A DNA stretch of 64,000 bases from Thermoanaerobaculia bacterium (GTDB taxonomy: Bacteria; Acidobacteriota; Thermoanaerobaculia; Gp7-AA8), in contig JBBRTE010000016.1 in assembly GCA_038244715.1 (NCBI GenBank), positions 13,212 through 77,211 on the forward strand. Direction: 5' to 3'. Position numbers and translations under genes: made by a program. Below the pieces are notes generated by a model. The model searched no databases. It had not been told where the DNA came from and saw nothing but the letters and a program-made list of their open reading frames with translations. Shown here piece after piece: positions 28,220-37,564 of the stretch. Each line of letters opens with the position of its first letter. The stretch's first letter is position 1.

Positions 28220-29325
28220 GTGCGAGTGATCGCCTTCTGCGCGATCAGCAGACGGCCGACAGTTGTGGCGACCTCCGCGGCGTACCGTCGGGTATTCACG
28301 GGAGAATCACCGCGCCGATGGGCCAGCAGATAACCGAGTTGCCGCCGCGTGAGGAGATAGGCGAACACACCTCGGATCCGGCGCGCGACCATCCGCAGCT
28401 CGGCATATCCGAATCCTTTCCGCAGAGGTTGGCGCACATAGGCTACCGATCTTGAAAGTGGCAGTCGCTTGAGCTTCGAATTCGCGACGAAGAGAACGAA
28501 CCACTCCACGAACATTGTGACGAACGCCGCACCGACGAAGAGATACGGCGCCGCACGTCCGCTGCCATCGAGTCTCCAGATCCACGCCGTGAAACGGTCC
28601 ATGGACGAAGTCGAGTAATTCCAGAGGCCATGGTCGACGATCATCCAGAACGTCACGAAGAGCGCAGGCAAGGGAGCGATCACACGCAGCAGTTTCCAGC
28701 GGCTCATCCAGATCCACCAGCCGATGGCGAGGCAGATGAAGCCTGATGCCGCACCGTGACCGATGAAGTGGCCGCGCGCATCCGGTGTCAGCGGAATCCC
28801 GAGAACATGAATCCCGATCGCGTCGCCGTAGGACCGCGTACGCCAGAGCGAGTCTTCGACGAATCCGAAGCCGCTGCCGAGAGCGATACCGAGGACCATG
28901 AGGTCGCTTGCGCCACTCGACCAGCGTCCGCGCCATGGCAGCACCACCAGCAGGAGCAGAAGCGGCAGGATCTTTAGTGGCTCCTCCGTGAGCGGCGCGA
29001 CCACCGCTGCACGAAACGTCAGGGAAACCCCACGGAGAAGCACGACCTCGATCAGCCACTGCAGCGCGAGGATGCCGTAGGCGCAGAGCACGCCGGCGAG
29101 GAACGCATCGTAGATCGCCGCCCATCCCACTCCGCGAACCGCCCAGCTCACGAGCGCGACGCCGATGAGGAACGCGAGATGGTGCACATACGGACGGCCG
29201 TCCTTCGCCCCGAAGATGATCGCCAGTCCCGCGACGATCCGCACGAACAGAAAGACATCGCCGGCCGTTCGCCGCAATGATCCCGGCCGCGCCGGCAGCG
29301 TCTCAGGCGCCATTACGGTGGCCAT
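28216..29325 (-). CDS. PrsW-like intramembrane protease family protein
   Basis: Polytopic membrane protein with TEEPLK (EExxK), FGFVED and HFIGHG motifs resembling PrsW. Confidence 0.45.
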   Translation of the reverse strand: MATVMAPETLPARPGSLRRTAGDVFLFVRIVAGLAIIFGAKDGRPYVHHLAFLIGVALVSWAVRGVGWAAIYDAFLAGVLCAYGILALQWLIEVVLLRGVSLTFRAAVVAPLTEEPLKILPLLLLLVVLPWRGRWSSGASDLMVLGIALGSGFGFVEDSLWRTRSYGDAIGIHVLGIPLTPDARGHFIGHGAASGFICLAIGWWIWMSRWKLLRVIAPLPALFVTFWMIVDHGLWNYSTSSMDRFTAWIWRLDGSGRAAPYLFVGAAFVTMFVEWFVLFVANSKLKRLPLSRSVAYVRQPLRKGFGYAELRMVARRIRGVFAYLLTRRQLGYLLAHRRGDSPVNTRRYAAEVATTVGRLLIAQKAITRT

Positions 29326-29993
29326 GGCTTCACTGTCTGCGATCCATCGGGATGCGTAATCACAACCTGGCCCGGTTGATATTCGACGAAGTCGCCGGGG
29401 CCGGCGCCCACATCTCCTGCGGTGTCCGGACCCGAACCTCCCTGAGAGCCGCCACCGGAGGGATGCGTCCCGCCTGATGGCGAGGCTGGCGAGGATCCCC
29501 CACTGGAGGGTCCGGAACTCGAGGACCCGCCTCCGCTCCGATCGAGGCCGCCGCCTTCGCTGCCCATCCCCGGAATGGTCCCGACGTCCATCGGCATCTC
29601 TCCGTCGGGCGTGAAGATGTCGCGGGTCTCGCCGAGGCCACCATCGGTCTGCGGATCGATCACGCCGTCGGAGAGTCCCTTTCCGACAGTTCCGTTAATG
29701 TCTTTCAGGACGTCGTCCGTCCACTTCTCGAACTCCTTCCGCAGTTCGTCCGCCTGTTTCCTGGCCTCCTCGATCGTCGAGGGGACGATGTCGTCATATT
29801 TGTCTTTCGCCCACTTCGTCAGCTCCTGCTGCATCTCTTTCGCCGCCTGGCCGAAGGGATCGAACTTCTCCTTCTCCTTATTGAAAAGGTCTCGGAGACC
29901 GTTGTATGCGCCGGTGAGCAGGCTGCCAAGCGGTGGCCAGAGCGACGAGAAGTCGCCACTGAGAAAGGCCTCCAGTACGTGCAGCGGTAGCAT
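29313..29993 (-). CDS. hypothetical protein with charged helical N-terminus and Gly/Ser-rich disordered C-terminus
   Basis: ORF overlaps the PrsW-like gene by 13 nt. K/E-rich segment then GGGSSSSGPSSGGSSPASPSGG low complexity. Confidence 0.4.
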   Translation of the reverse strand: MLPLHVLEAFLSGDFSSLWPPLGSLLTGAYNGLRDLFNKEKEKFDPFGQAAKEMQQELTKWAKDKYDDIVPSTIEEARKQADELRKEFEKWTDDVLKDINGTVGKGLSDGVIDPQTDGGLGETRDIFTPDGEMPMDVGTIPGMGSEGGGLDRSGGGSSSSGPSSGGSSPASPSGGTHPSGGGSQGGSGPDTAGDVGAGPGDFVEYQPGQVVITHPDGSQTVKPWPP

Positions 29994-30097
29994 CGCCTCG
30001 GGCTCGTCGATCGAAAATTGGGGGGAGCACTATTCTTCGTCCAACGACCGCCGGAGTCAACTTCCGGACGAGAGTCGCACTGCTGCACCATTCCCAC

Positions 30098-30766
30098 CTA
30101 CGCCGACGCCTGTCCGGTGTCCTTCAGAATCGTCTGTCCTTTCACCAGCCAGGCGACGGCAAAGGCGACCACTGCCAGTGTCTCCGGCCAGAAGATCGGA
30201 AGACCGCTTTTCGTCAGCTGTGCGATCACGATCCCGACGCAGGCGATGGCCATGACCGCTCCGCACCCTTTGTAGATCCGGTTCCGCAGGATCTTGCGGT
30301 GACCCGGAATCTCGGGACCAAACGCGTCGAACCGGAAGTAGATCAGGTAGATGCAGATCGCAAAGAACGCCATCACGAAGTACATGTGGAAACCGAGCTG
30401 GCCGTGGATGATGTAGCACTTGTCGTTCTGATTCGGAAACCGCGCCAGAATCGATTTATCGAAGTTCGGATCCATGGGAAACAGACCGATTCCGATGCCG
30501 GCCAGTCCCGCGCCAACCGCCGCGATTCTGTCGCGTCGCGCCGGAGTGCGATAACAGGTGAGCAGAACACCGATGAGCACGAGCGTCGACACGAACACGT
30601 CGTGCATGCCGGTGTAGTAGTACGCGCTGATCGAGGCGCGACCCGAGATGTGCTCAATCTCGCGTGCGCCGATGCGTACGAGGAAGGGCATGATCAGTCC
30701 GATCCAGCCGATCATCTGCCGCAGGGTTAAATACGACACCACGAGTTCTTTGTCCGCTGGTTTCAT
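30098..30766 (-). CDS. hypothetical membrane protein
   Basis: Start at the internal Met MKPADKELVVSY; about 6 predicted TM helices. The N-terminal extension of the listed ORF is R/G-rich junk. Confidence 0.5.
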   Translation of the reverse strand: MKPADKELVVSYLTLRQMIGWIGLIMPFLVRIGAREIEHISGRASISAYYYTGMHDVFVSTLVLIGVLLTCYRTPARRDRIAAVGAGLAGIGIGLFPMDPNFDKSILARFPNQNDKCYIIHGQLGFHMYFVMAFFAICIYLIYFRFDAFGPEIPGHRKILRNRIYKGCGAVMAIACVGIVIAQLTKSGLPIFWPETLAVVAFAVAWLVKGQTILKDTGQASA

Positions 30767-30963
30767 CCTGCTGTCATCCTTTCCGAAGCGCACCCGTTCG
30801 CCCCCACACGCACACGACGATCCTCGGCACTCGCGACGCAAGCGGACGGTTCGTCGCCGAGGTGTGATGACAAAACGTGTTGGGGGCTCAAGGAAGGGAG
30901 GGTGCGCGGCACACGTCTTCCCTACCCATCCCAAGCACACGTTTCCGGTATTGTGCGATTGCG

Positions 30964-31605
30964 ATGGACGCGAGCGCCGACTCCCGCCGCCTCCCCACCT
31001 ACTTCCTCTGGTCATTCTGGATCGGCGTGGTGTTCTTTTCGATCTACCCGACGATGAACTGGGTTACCTCTCTGCGGGCGGCGCCCCTACATCTGTACGT
31101 CCCGCTCGAGCTGCGGATTCCGCTCCTGCCCTGGTTCATCTGGCCGTACCTATCCATGTACTTGCTGTTTGTGCTGCCCCCGTTTCTGATTCCGGCGGCG
31201 AACATGCCGGCGCTGGGGAAGCAACTCATCGCCGGGCCGGTGATCAGCGCGGTGATGTTTCTTATCCTCCCTGCGCAGCTCGGATTTGCGCGGGCGGTGC
31301 CGGTTCAGGAGCCTTACGCGTCCGTCTTCGCCGTCATGTTTCGTATTGATCGTCCGTACAATCTCGTTCCGTCGCTGCATGTGATCTTTTCGACGGCCAT
31401 CGCGATGGCGTGTGCCGATTTTGCGCGGCCGCTGGTGCGCATCGCGGTGCTGGTATGGCTCGTTTTCATCGTTTCGTCTACTGTTCTCGTTCATCAACAT
31501 CATCTGCTGGATGTGATCGCCGCGCTGGCGATCGTGGTTCTCCTGAGACGACGTTACGAGGTGCGCCCATGCGAAAGTGCCTACTCATCACCGGAATGCT
31601 GCTAG
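30964..31605 (+). CDS. PAP2 superfamily membrane phosphatase-like protein
   Basis: PSLHV (PSGH-like) and HQHHLLDV (SRxxxxxHxxxD-like) motifs in a polytopic membrane protein. Confidence 0.55.
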   Translation: MDASADSRRLPTYFLWSFWIGVVFFSIYPTMNWVTSLRAAPLHLYVPLELRIPLLPWFIWPYLSMYLLFVLPPFLIPAANMPALGKQLIAGPVISAVMFLILPAQLGFARAVPVQEPYASVFAVMFRIDRPYNLVPSLHVIFSTAIAMACADFARPLVRIAVLVWLVFIVSSTVLVHQHHLLDVIAALAIVVLLRRRYEVRPCESAYSSPECC

Positions 31606-32183
31606 CCCTCCCCCTCTTTGCCACGGATTCATCGGTTGGTGAATCCGATCATGAGATTCATCAGGAACTGCGCGGCGTGCTCACGACCGTGGAGCATGCC
31701 ATCAACACGGGAACGTTCGACGCGATGCTGCCTGTCATCAGCAGCGATATCCGGGCCACGACGATCACGCAGGAAATGATGTCGACGCGGCCCGAGGTGT
31801 CGGCGTACTTCAAGAAGTGGTTCGGGAAGGGCGGGTTTCTCAAGAAGCTCGACATGCACTTCAACGCGGACACGCTGACCGAGCTCTCACCGGACAAGAC
31901 CTGGGGCATCGTTCGCGGCTCGGGCATCGAGAACTACACGTTGTCGGATGGGCGCTTCTATCCGATGAAGACGCGCTGGACTGCGGTGCTGCGCAAGGAG
32001 GCGGACGGGCACTGGCGGCTCCGCGCGATCCACATCGGCACGAACTTCCTCGACAACCCGATCCTCGATGACGCGAAGCGCGCGGTCGTTCGTTATTCGA
32101 TCATTGGCGCATTGATCGGTCTGGCCGGCGGCCTCCCCCTAGGAATCTTCCTCGGCCGCAAACAGCGCGCGGCTCGCGGGTGA
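31569..32183 (+). CDS. secreted NTF2-like/DUF4440-like protein with C-terminal TM anchor
   Basis: Signal MRKCLLITGMLLALPLFA; ...GHWRLRAIHIGTNF; terminal hydrophobic IIGALIGLAGGLPLGIFLG. Confidence 0.45.
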   Translation: MRKCLLITGMLLALPLFATDSSVGESDHEIHQELRGVLTTVEHAINTGTFDAMLPVISSDIRATTITQEMMSTRPEVSAYFKKWFGKGGFLKKLDMHFNADTLTELSPDKTWGIVRGSGIENYTLSDGRFYPMKTRWTAVLRKEADGHWRLRAIHIGTNFLDNPILDDAKRAVVRYSIIGALIGLAGGLPLGIFLGRKQRAARG

Positions 32184-33065
32184 GCCCATCGGCGGCGCTG
32201 GCTGCACGCCATGCCGCCACAGGCTGACGTAGATCTGCCAGAACGACGGCTGCGCCGGATCGTCGTCGACGAGCTGCGGCAGCGCCGTCCACGGCGCGCC
32301 GGGATGGCTGTGATGCGCGAGGTGGTACTGATAGTTGAGCGTCAGCCAACGCACAGGCGCCGGAACGCGCAGGTTCCACGCACCGCGCTGCACGTCGCGC
32401 TCGCTCCAGGCGTGATCGACGTATTGCAGCGCCGACCAGTGCATCGCGAACAGCCAGTGCGCGAGGAGCCATCCCCGCCATTCCAGATGAAGGAGTCGCC
32501 AGAGCGCGACCTGGTAACCGAGCGCGCAGGCGACCTCGAGCCACACACGGAGCGGCGGGAGCTGCACGATGTCCTTGACGTGCTCGCCGAACCCGAGGCG
32601 GGGTGCGATGCGCTCGATGAACATTCGCGAGCGATAAAACGGCGTCGCGATGACGTAGAGCACGTTCGACAACACGACGCAGAACCAGTAGAGGCCGAAG
32701 AGATTGCCCACGTAAAGCATGACATTCCGCCTCAGCCTCGACTCGCCCGGCAGGTAGTAGTCGTAGAGATCCCGGTCCGTGCGGTTGCGCACGTGATGAC
32801 CGAGGTGCGCGGCGCGCTGCAAGGTGAAGGACGTGGGGAACATGCAGCTGGCGAGGAAACCGAAGAAATCGTTGCGACGACTCTTGGCCGACGCCACACC
32901 ATGCACTGCCTCGTGCATCAGCGCGAAGGGAACGTTGTTGATGAACGCGAACGCGATGCACGCCAGCAACACGACCCACCACACTCCGTGCGACGCGAGC
33001 CAGAGCGCCGCGGACGTAGCCAGCACGGCAGCTGCGAGAACGAGCCAGTTCAGGCGTTCTGGCAT
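32139..33065 (-). CDS. fatty acid desaturase family membrane protein
   Basis: Three His boxes HEAVHG, HLGHH and HLAHH. Start at internal Met MPERLNWLVLAAA. Confidence 0.8.
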   Translation of the reverse strand: MPERLNWLVLAAAVLATSAALWLASHGVWWVVLLACIAFAFINNVPFALMHEAVHGVASAKSRRNDFFGFLASCMFPTSFTLQRAAHLGHHVRNRTDRDLYDYYLPGESRLRRNVMLYVGNLFGLYWFCVVLSNVLYVIATPFYRSRMFIERIAPRLGFGEHVKDIVQLPPLRVWLEVACALGYQVALWRLLHLEWRGWLLAHWLFAMHWSALQYVDHAWSERDVQRGAWNLRVPAPVRWLTLNYQYHLAHHSHPGAPWTALPQLVDDDPAQPSFWQIYVSLWRHGVQPAPPMGSPASRALFAAEEDS

Positions 33066-33706
33066 TTCTTCAGCACCGGCCGCGTGCCCCAATGCCCGTG
33101 GCGGAGGATCGATTGGCCGATGTATCCGGCGGTCGGAACGATCAGTGAGAGCACGAGGATCATCGTAAAGGCGAGCGGAAACCAGCGTGCGTCGAGGATC
33201 TCCACCAGCGAGATGCCCGCGCCGTAGATCGCACCGAATCCTCCGAAGAACCACGGCGCGTAGTCGAGCGCGATATCGAGGTCTCGCCTACCGTCGGCCC
33301 ACGGCTGGTTATAGACGCGCAGGATTCCCGATTGCAGCGCCTTCACGTCATAGAGCAGGTTCACGAGGCCCAGGACGCAACAGAGAATGATGGCGTTGCG
33401 CGCTACGTCCCGGAGGTCGTGCGCCGGCTCGCCGTGCACGAGCCATCCCAGCATCGCCGTCGCGGAGCCAAAGACGAAGCCGTGATGCGGACGAAAGCGG
33501 CCGAGGCGCAGGCGGGTGTTGAGCTCCCAGACCTTGAGGACGTTCGTGCCGATACCCGGGATGATGTACGCCCAGAGAATCGGAATCAGCCACGCCACCG
33601 CGATCCGCTCGGGATGGTCCGCGTACTCGACGCGCCATAAGAGAAACGATAGCGGCGCGAGCGCGAGGGGCGCAGCGTACTGGTAGATCGATAGCGTCCG
33701 TTTCAT
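33050..33706 (-). CDS. hypothetical polytopic membrane protein
   Basis: Start at internal MKRTLSIYQYAAPLALAPLSF. ATGA overlap with the upstream rSAM. Confidence 0.5.
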   Translation of the reverse strand: MKRTLSIYQYAAPLALAPLSFLLWRVEYADHPERIAVAWLIPILWAYIIPGIGTNVLKVWELNTRLRLGRFRPHHGFVFGSATAMLGWLVHGEPAHDLRDVARNAIILCCVLGLVNLLYDVKALQSGILRVYNQPWADGRRDLDIALDYAPWFFGGFGAIYGAGISLVEILDARWFPLAFTMILVLSLIVPTAGYIGQSILRHGHWGTRPVLKKCQNA

Positions 33707-35034
33707 CGCAGTCCGAAGCGCATCCCGTGCTTCTTCGGGATCTCTTTCCTGAACAGTAGCGTGTACTTCCAGAACGCTCCCACCCGCGCGAGCGATCGCA
33801 GGTGCGTCTGGATATCTGCGAAGCGGTGGAAGAGCGACGGAATCGTGTTGAACCGTGTCCGCGCGGCGTGGCATGCGTCGGTCAGCTCCTGCGGCGTCAT
33901 CAACTTCGGCACGAACGCCGCGCCATTGAACCGGTACTGCGGATGCAGCCACCATTTCCCATCCCACAACAACCGTCCCTCGGCCTCCAGCTTGTTGTAG
34001 AGCGGAGTATTCGGATACGGCATCAGGATGTTGTACGCGGCCAGGGTGAAGCGGCTCTCCAGCGCGAAGTCGACGGTCGCTTCGATCGACTCCTTCGTGT
34101 CGTGGTCATAGCCGAGGGTGAAGGCCGCCCAGCTCTGCATGCCGTGCTCGCGGAGGATGCGCACTTCTTCCTTGTACTTCGTGAAGCGCGGCAGATTGGG
34201 TGCCTTCTTCGACTCGCGCAGGCTGTCGGCAGTGATCGTCTCGAAGCCGGTGACGTTGCCCCAGTTGCCGGCGCGCTCCAGGAGCTTCATGAGCGGCAGG
34301 TTCCGCGTGATGTCCAGGCTGGCCTGGCTGACCCAGTGCAGGTTCATCGGGATCAGTGCGTGGCAGAACTCAGCCAGCGCCTTCTGGTCGCTGGCGATGT
34401 TGTCGTCGATGAAAAAGATGAACTTGCGATCCTGCGCCTCGATCTCGCGGAGCACGTCGTCGATCGCGCGGTGATAGTGCTTTCTGTCGAAATACTGACT
34501 GACCGCGCAGAAGGTGCACGCGAAGCGACAGCCGCGCACGTACTGCATGAGCGTCAGCGGCAGGTAGCCCTTGCCTTTGAAGAGATCGCGGCGCGGGAGG
34601 ACGCGGCCGATCTGTCCGACGCCCGGCGGGCCAACGTAACGCGGCTTGAGCCGGTCGTACCGCGCATCGTCGACGACGTCGGCCCACACGGTCTCGGCAT
34701 CCCCGAGGAAGAGGCTGTCGGCGTGCTCCGCCGCTTCCTCAGGCAGCAGCGTGATGTGCATGCCGCCGAGGATGACGGGGACGCCGCGGAGGCGGTATTC
34801 GGCGGCGATCTCGTACGCACGGCGCGCGGTGTAGGTCTCGACGGTGATCGCTGCGAGGTCGGTCGGCTCGTCGAACGGGATCGACTCCATGCGATCGTCG
34901 TAGAGGACGCATTCGACGTCGGGGGGCGTGAGCCCGGCCAGCACCGCCAGCATCAGCGGCTCCATGCGCCCTTCGTCGACATAGAGACTGTGCTCCATAC
35001 GGCCGATGTTCGGCTTGATGAACGTAATCTTCAT
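33703..35034 (-). CDS. B12-binding domain radical SAM protein (class B rSAM, DUF4070-type C-terminus), paralog 1
   Basis: N-terminal B12-binding fold (VILGGMHITLLPEE), CRFACTFC radical SAM cluster, C-terminal LAAYNILMPYPNTPLY region. Confidence 0.85.
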   Translation of the reverse strand: MKITFIKPNIGRMEHSLYVDEGRMEPLMLAVLAGLTPPDVECVLYDDRMESIPFDEPTDLAAITVETYTARRAYEIAAEYRLRGVPVILGGMHITLLPEEAAEHADSLFLGDAETVWADVVDDARYDRLKPRYVGPPGVGQIGRVLPRRDLFKGKGYLPLTLMQYVRGCRFACTFCAVSQYFDRKHYHRAIDDVLREIEAQDRKFIFFIDDNIASDQKALAEFCHALIPMNLHWVSQASLDITRNLPLMKLLERAGNWGNVTGFETITADSLRESKKAPNLPRFTKYKEEVRILREHGMQSWAAFTLGYDHDTKESIEATVDFALESRFTLAAYNILMPYPNTPLYNKLEAEGRLLWDGKWWLHPQYRFNGAAFVPKLMTPQELTDACHAARTRFNTIPSLFHRFADIQTHLRSLARVGAFWKYTLLFRKEIPKKHGMRFGLR

Positions 35035-36332
35035 GCGCCGAGCCGCCGGTACTGTTTCTTGTAGATCTCGCGCCGGGAGATGACGTTGGCTACGGTGATC
35101 ATCCCGCGCCGGAACAACGAGAAATCCGTTTCCGCGCGCAACACACGATCGCTGATGGAGCGCCAGGTGTAGAAGCGGCGCTTCGCTTCGAATACGCCTT
35201 CGATCAACTCCTCGGGGCGCATGCCGCGCGGCTCGAAGATCGCATCTCCGTATCGGTATCCCGCGGTGAGCCACCACTCGGGCTTGAGTAGCCGCCCCTC
35301 CCGCATCAGGCGGTCGTACAGCGCCGAGCCGGGAGTGGGCGTGAGCGGATTGAAGTTGGCGAGCTCGAGACGGGACTCCAGCGCGAAATCGACGGTGCGG
35401 CTCATGCTGTCATTCGTGTCGGCGTCGTAGCCGAAGACGAACGTGCCGTAGATGCCGATGTTGCGTGCGTGCAGCGCGTGGACGACGCGCTCGTAGGAGC
35501 CGCTGACGCTGTTCCACGACTTGTTCATTTGCCGCAGACTGTCGAGGTTCAGTGACTCGAATCCGATGAGGACGAACTCGCACCCGGCGGCAGCCATCCG
35601 ATCGAGCAGCGACTCATCGCGCGCGACGTCGATGCTGATCTGACACGACCAGCGGCGTTTCATCGGCGTCAGCGCATCGAGGAGTGCCAGCAGTTCGGAT
35701 CGGCGTCCGAAGAGGTTGTCATCGACGAAGAAGATCAGTCGCCCCGAAGGCAGCGTCTCGATCTCCTCGATCAAGCCGTCGAGCGGCCGCACGCGCAAGT
35801 CCGTTCCGTAGAAACTGTGAATGGAGCAGAAGTCGCACGCGAAGCGGCAACCGCGCCCGTACTGCACCAGCTCGACCGGCGCGTAGTTCTTGCCACGATA
35901 GATCGAGCGGTCGAGCCTGTAGTCCGAGAGCGTTCGCTCATTGCCGCCGGAGTAGCGCGCATGGAGGTCACCGGCTGCGAAGTCCGCCAGAAGACGCTCC
36001 CACGACCCTTCCGCGTCGCCGATGACGACGGCATCCGCATGCAGCAGCGCTTCGTCTGGAAGGAAGGTCGGATGATAGCCACCCATGACGACCGGGACGC
36101 CGCGCGCGCGATAGGTGTCCGCGATCGCGTACGCACGATGGGCGGTGAAGGTCTCGACGCTGAGCGCGACGAGGTCGGCGCTCTCGTGCAACGGAACACG
36201 CTCCGCCTTCTCGTCGTAGAAGCGCACGTCCCATCCCGGCGCCCGCGCGGCGAGGATGCCCATCGCCAGCGGAGGCATCGCGTCCGACGAGCGATAGTCG
36301 CCGAGGTTCGGGCGGATGAGGGTGAGCCTCAC
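35031..36332 (-). CDS. B12-binding domain radical SAM protein, paralog 2
   Basis: VVMGGYHPTFLPDE, CRFACDFC, FNPLTPTPGSALY; ATGA coupling on both sides. Confidence 0.85.
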   Translation of the reverse strand: MRLTLIRPNLGDYRSSDAMPPLAMGILAARAPGWDVRFYDEKAERVPLHESADLVALSVETFTAHRAYAIADTYRARGVPVVMGGYHPTFLPDEALLHADAVVIGDAEGSWERLLADFAAGDLHARYSGGNERTLSDYRLDRSIYRGKNYAPVELVQYGRGCRFACDFCSIHSFYGTDLRVRPLDGLIEEIETLPSGRLIFFVDDNLFGRRSELLALLDALTPMKRRWSCQISIDVARDESLLDRMAAAGCEFVLIGFESLNLDSLRQMNKSWNSVSGSYERVVHALHARNIGIYGTFVFGYDADTNDSMSRTVDFALESRLELANFNPLTPTPGSALYDRLMREGRLLKPEWWLTAGYRYGDAIFEPRGMRPEELIEGVFEAKRRFYTWRSISDRVLRAETDFSLFRRGMITVANVISRREIYKKQYRRLGA

Positions 36333-37564
36333 AGCAGTGCCGCCTCCGGTTGCGCGGGAAGTTGCGAGATCTGTGGCGCGCCGGCCGCCTCGCCTCCGTT
36401 CTTTTCAACATTGCCGGCTCGGCAGTCCGCGGCTTCCGCGCCGAAAGCCCTCACCGGCGAGGCCGCCTGTCCTTCTCTCTCCACTTCGCCAGAATCTCCA
36501 CCGCGAGGTCCTTCTCCCCGCGCAGAGGGGAGAAGGTGGCCGACGGCCGGATGAGGGGCCGGGTCGGCTCCATTCAGCGGCGTGTCGTCGAAGGACACAG
36601 CGTAGATTCTTGCTGGATAGCTGACCGGTTTGAATCGCTCGAGCGCCTGCAGCAGCGGATGCCCCGCATGGAGTCCAATGCTGGCTGCCGGCGTCCGGCA
36701 ATGCGACAGCAAGTCCTGCATCAGCTCGTAGGCGCCTTCCCGTACCGATTCCGACATCGCCAGGAACGCGATGAACGTCTGGTCGAGCGCTCTTCCTTCG
36801 CGCGGCAACGGGATGCGACGCAGCGCGCGCGCATAGAGATTTCTGAACGGTAGAATAGTTCCGAGGGGACGCCGGTAACGCCGGGCCACGATCTGCTTGA
36901 ATGCGCGCTGGTCCCACAGCGCCGCCACGGCCCGCAACTCGCCCTCTCGCTCCGCCACGTAGAAGTCGAGGCGCCGAGCGAGAGCTGCGTCGAGGACTGG
37001 AGCGTATTGAAACCGCGCGGCCTGGCGATTGTGGAACGCCACGATCTCATCGGCATCCCCCTCTTCCGCGCGACGCCAGAGCCCGCGGTGTTTTCCCCGC
37101 GCGACCGCGAGTGCGAGCGTCCGGTACTCGCCCTGGAAGTGATACGGCGGAATCCCGGCGATACCGGACTCCAGCAGCCGTCGCGCAATGCGGTTCTCCG
37201 ATCCGACCACGGTGAACCAACACGGAACCTTTCTCGGCGCAAGCCGGGTGATGGATGCGTAGCCACCTCGCAGATGACGGATGCGCCGGCGGTGGGGAGG
37301 GTTCACGCGTAGGCCGCCGAGATACCCGAGCTCTTCGCGGCGTCCATTCAAATACGCCGGGATCATCGCCACCGTGTACATGCCCACGACGTCTCCGGCT
37401 TCTTCGGCGATGACGGCCCAGTCGCGACCGAAGAGATTCTCACCCGCGAAGAACGACGGCTCGCGCTCGATCGCCATCTCGACCCAGCCCGGCATTGCGT
37501 TGTCTCTCAGCATCGCCCGAATCTGCGCGTCATCCGCCTCGGTCGCGATCCGATACGTCGTCAT
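36329..37564 (-). CDS. tandem GNAT-fold acyltransferase-like protein; C-terminal ~80 aa is encoded by repeat copy C
   Basis: N-terminal RIATEADDAQIRAMLRDNAMPGWVEM... has a GNAT-like fold and there is a second similar half. The low-complexity tail GHLLPSARGEGPRGGDSGEVEREG... coincides with the dispersed repeat. Confidence 0.5.
   Translation of the reverse strand: MTTYRIATEADDAQIRAMLRDNAMPGWVEMAIEREPSFFAGENLFGRDWAVIAEEAGDVVGMYTVAMIPAYLNGRREELGYLGGLRVNPPHRRRIRHLRGGYASITRLAPRKVPCWFTVVGSENRIARRLLESGIAGIPPYHFQGEYRTLALAVARGKHRGLWRRAEEGDADEIVAFHNRQAARFQYAPVLDAALARRLDFYVAEREGELRAVAALWDQRAFKQIVARRYRRPLGTILPFRNLYARALRRIPLPREGRALDQTFIAFLAMSESVREGAYELMQDLLSHCRTPAASIGLHAGHPLLQALERFKPVSYPARIYAVSFDDTPLNGADPAPHPAVGHLLPSARGEGPRGGDSGEVEREGQAASPVRAFGAEAADCRAGNVEKNGGEAAGAPQISQLPAQPEAALL
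36502..36560. repeat. dispersed ~60-bp hairpin repeat, copy C (inside the 3' end of the GNAT-like ORF)
   Basis: Reverse complement GGCCCCTCATCCGGCCGTCGGCCACCTTCTCCCCTCTGCGCGGGGAGAAGGACCTCGCG. Perfect 10-bp stem CCTTCTCCCC/GGGGAGAAGG. Confidence 0.7.
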
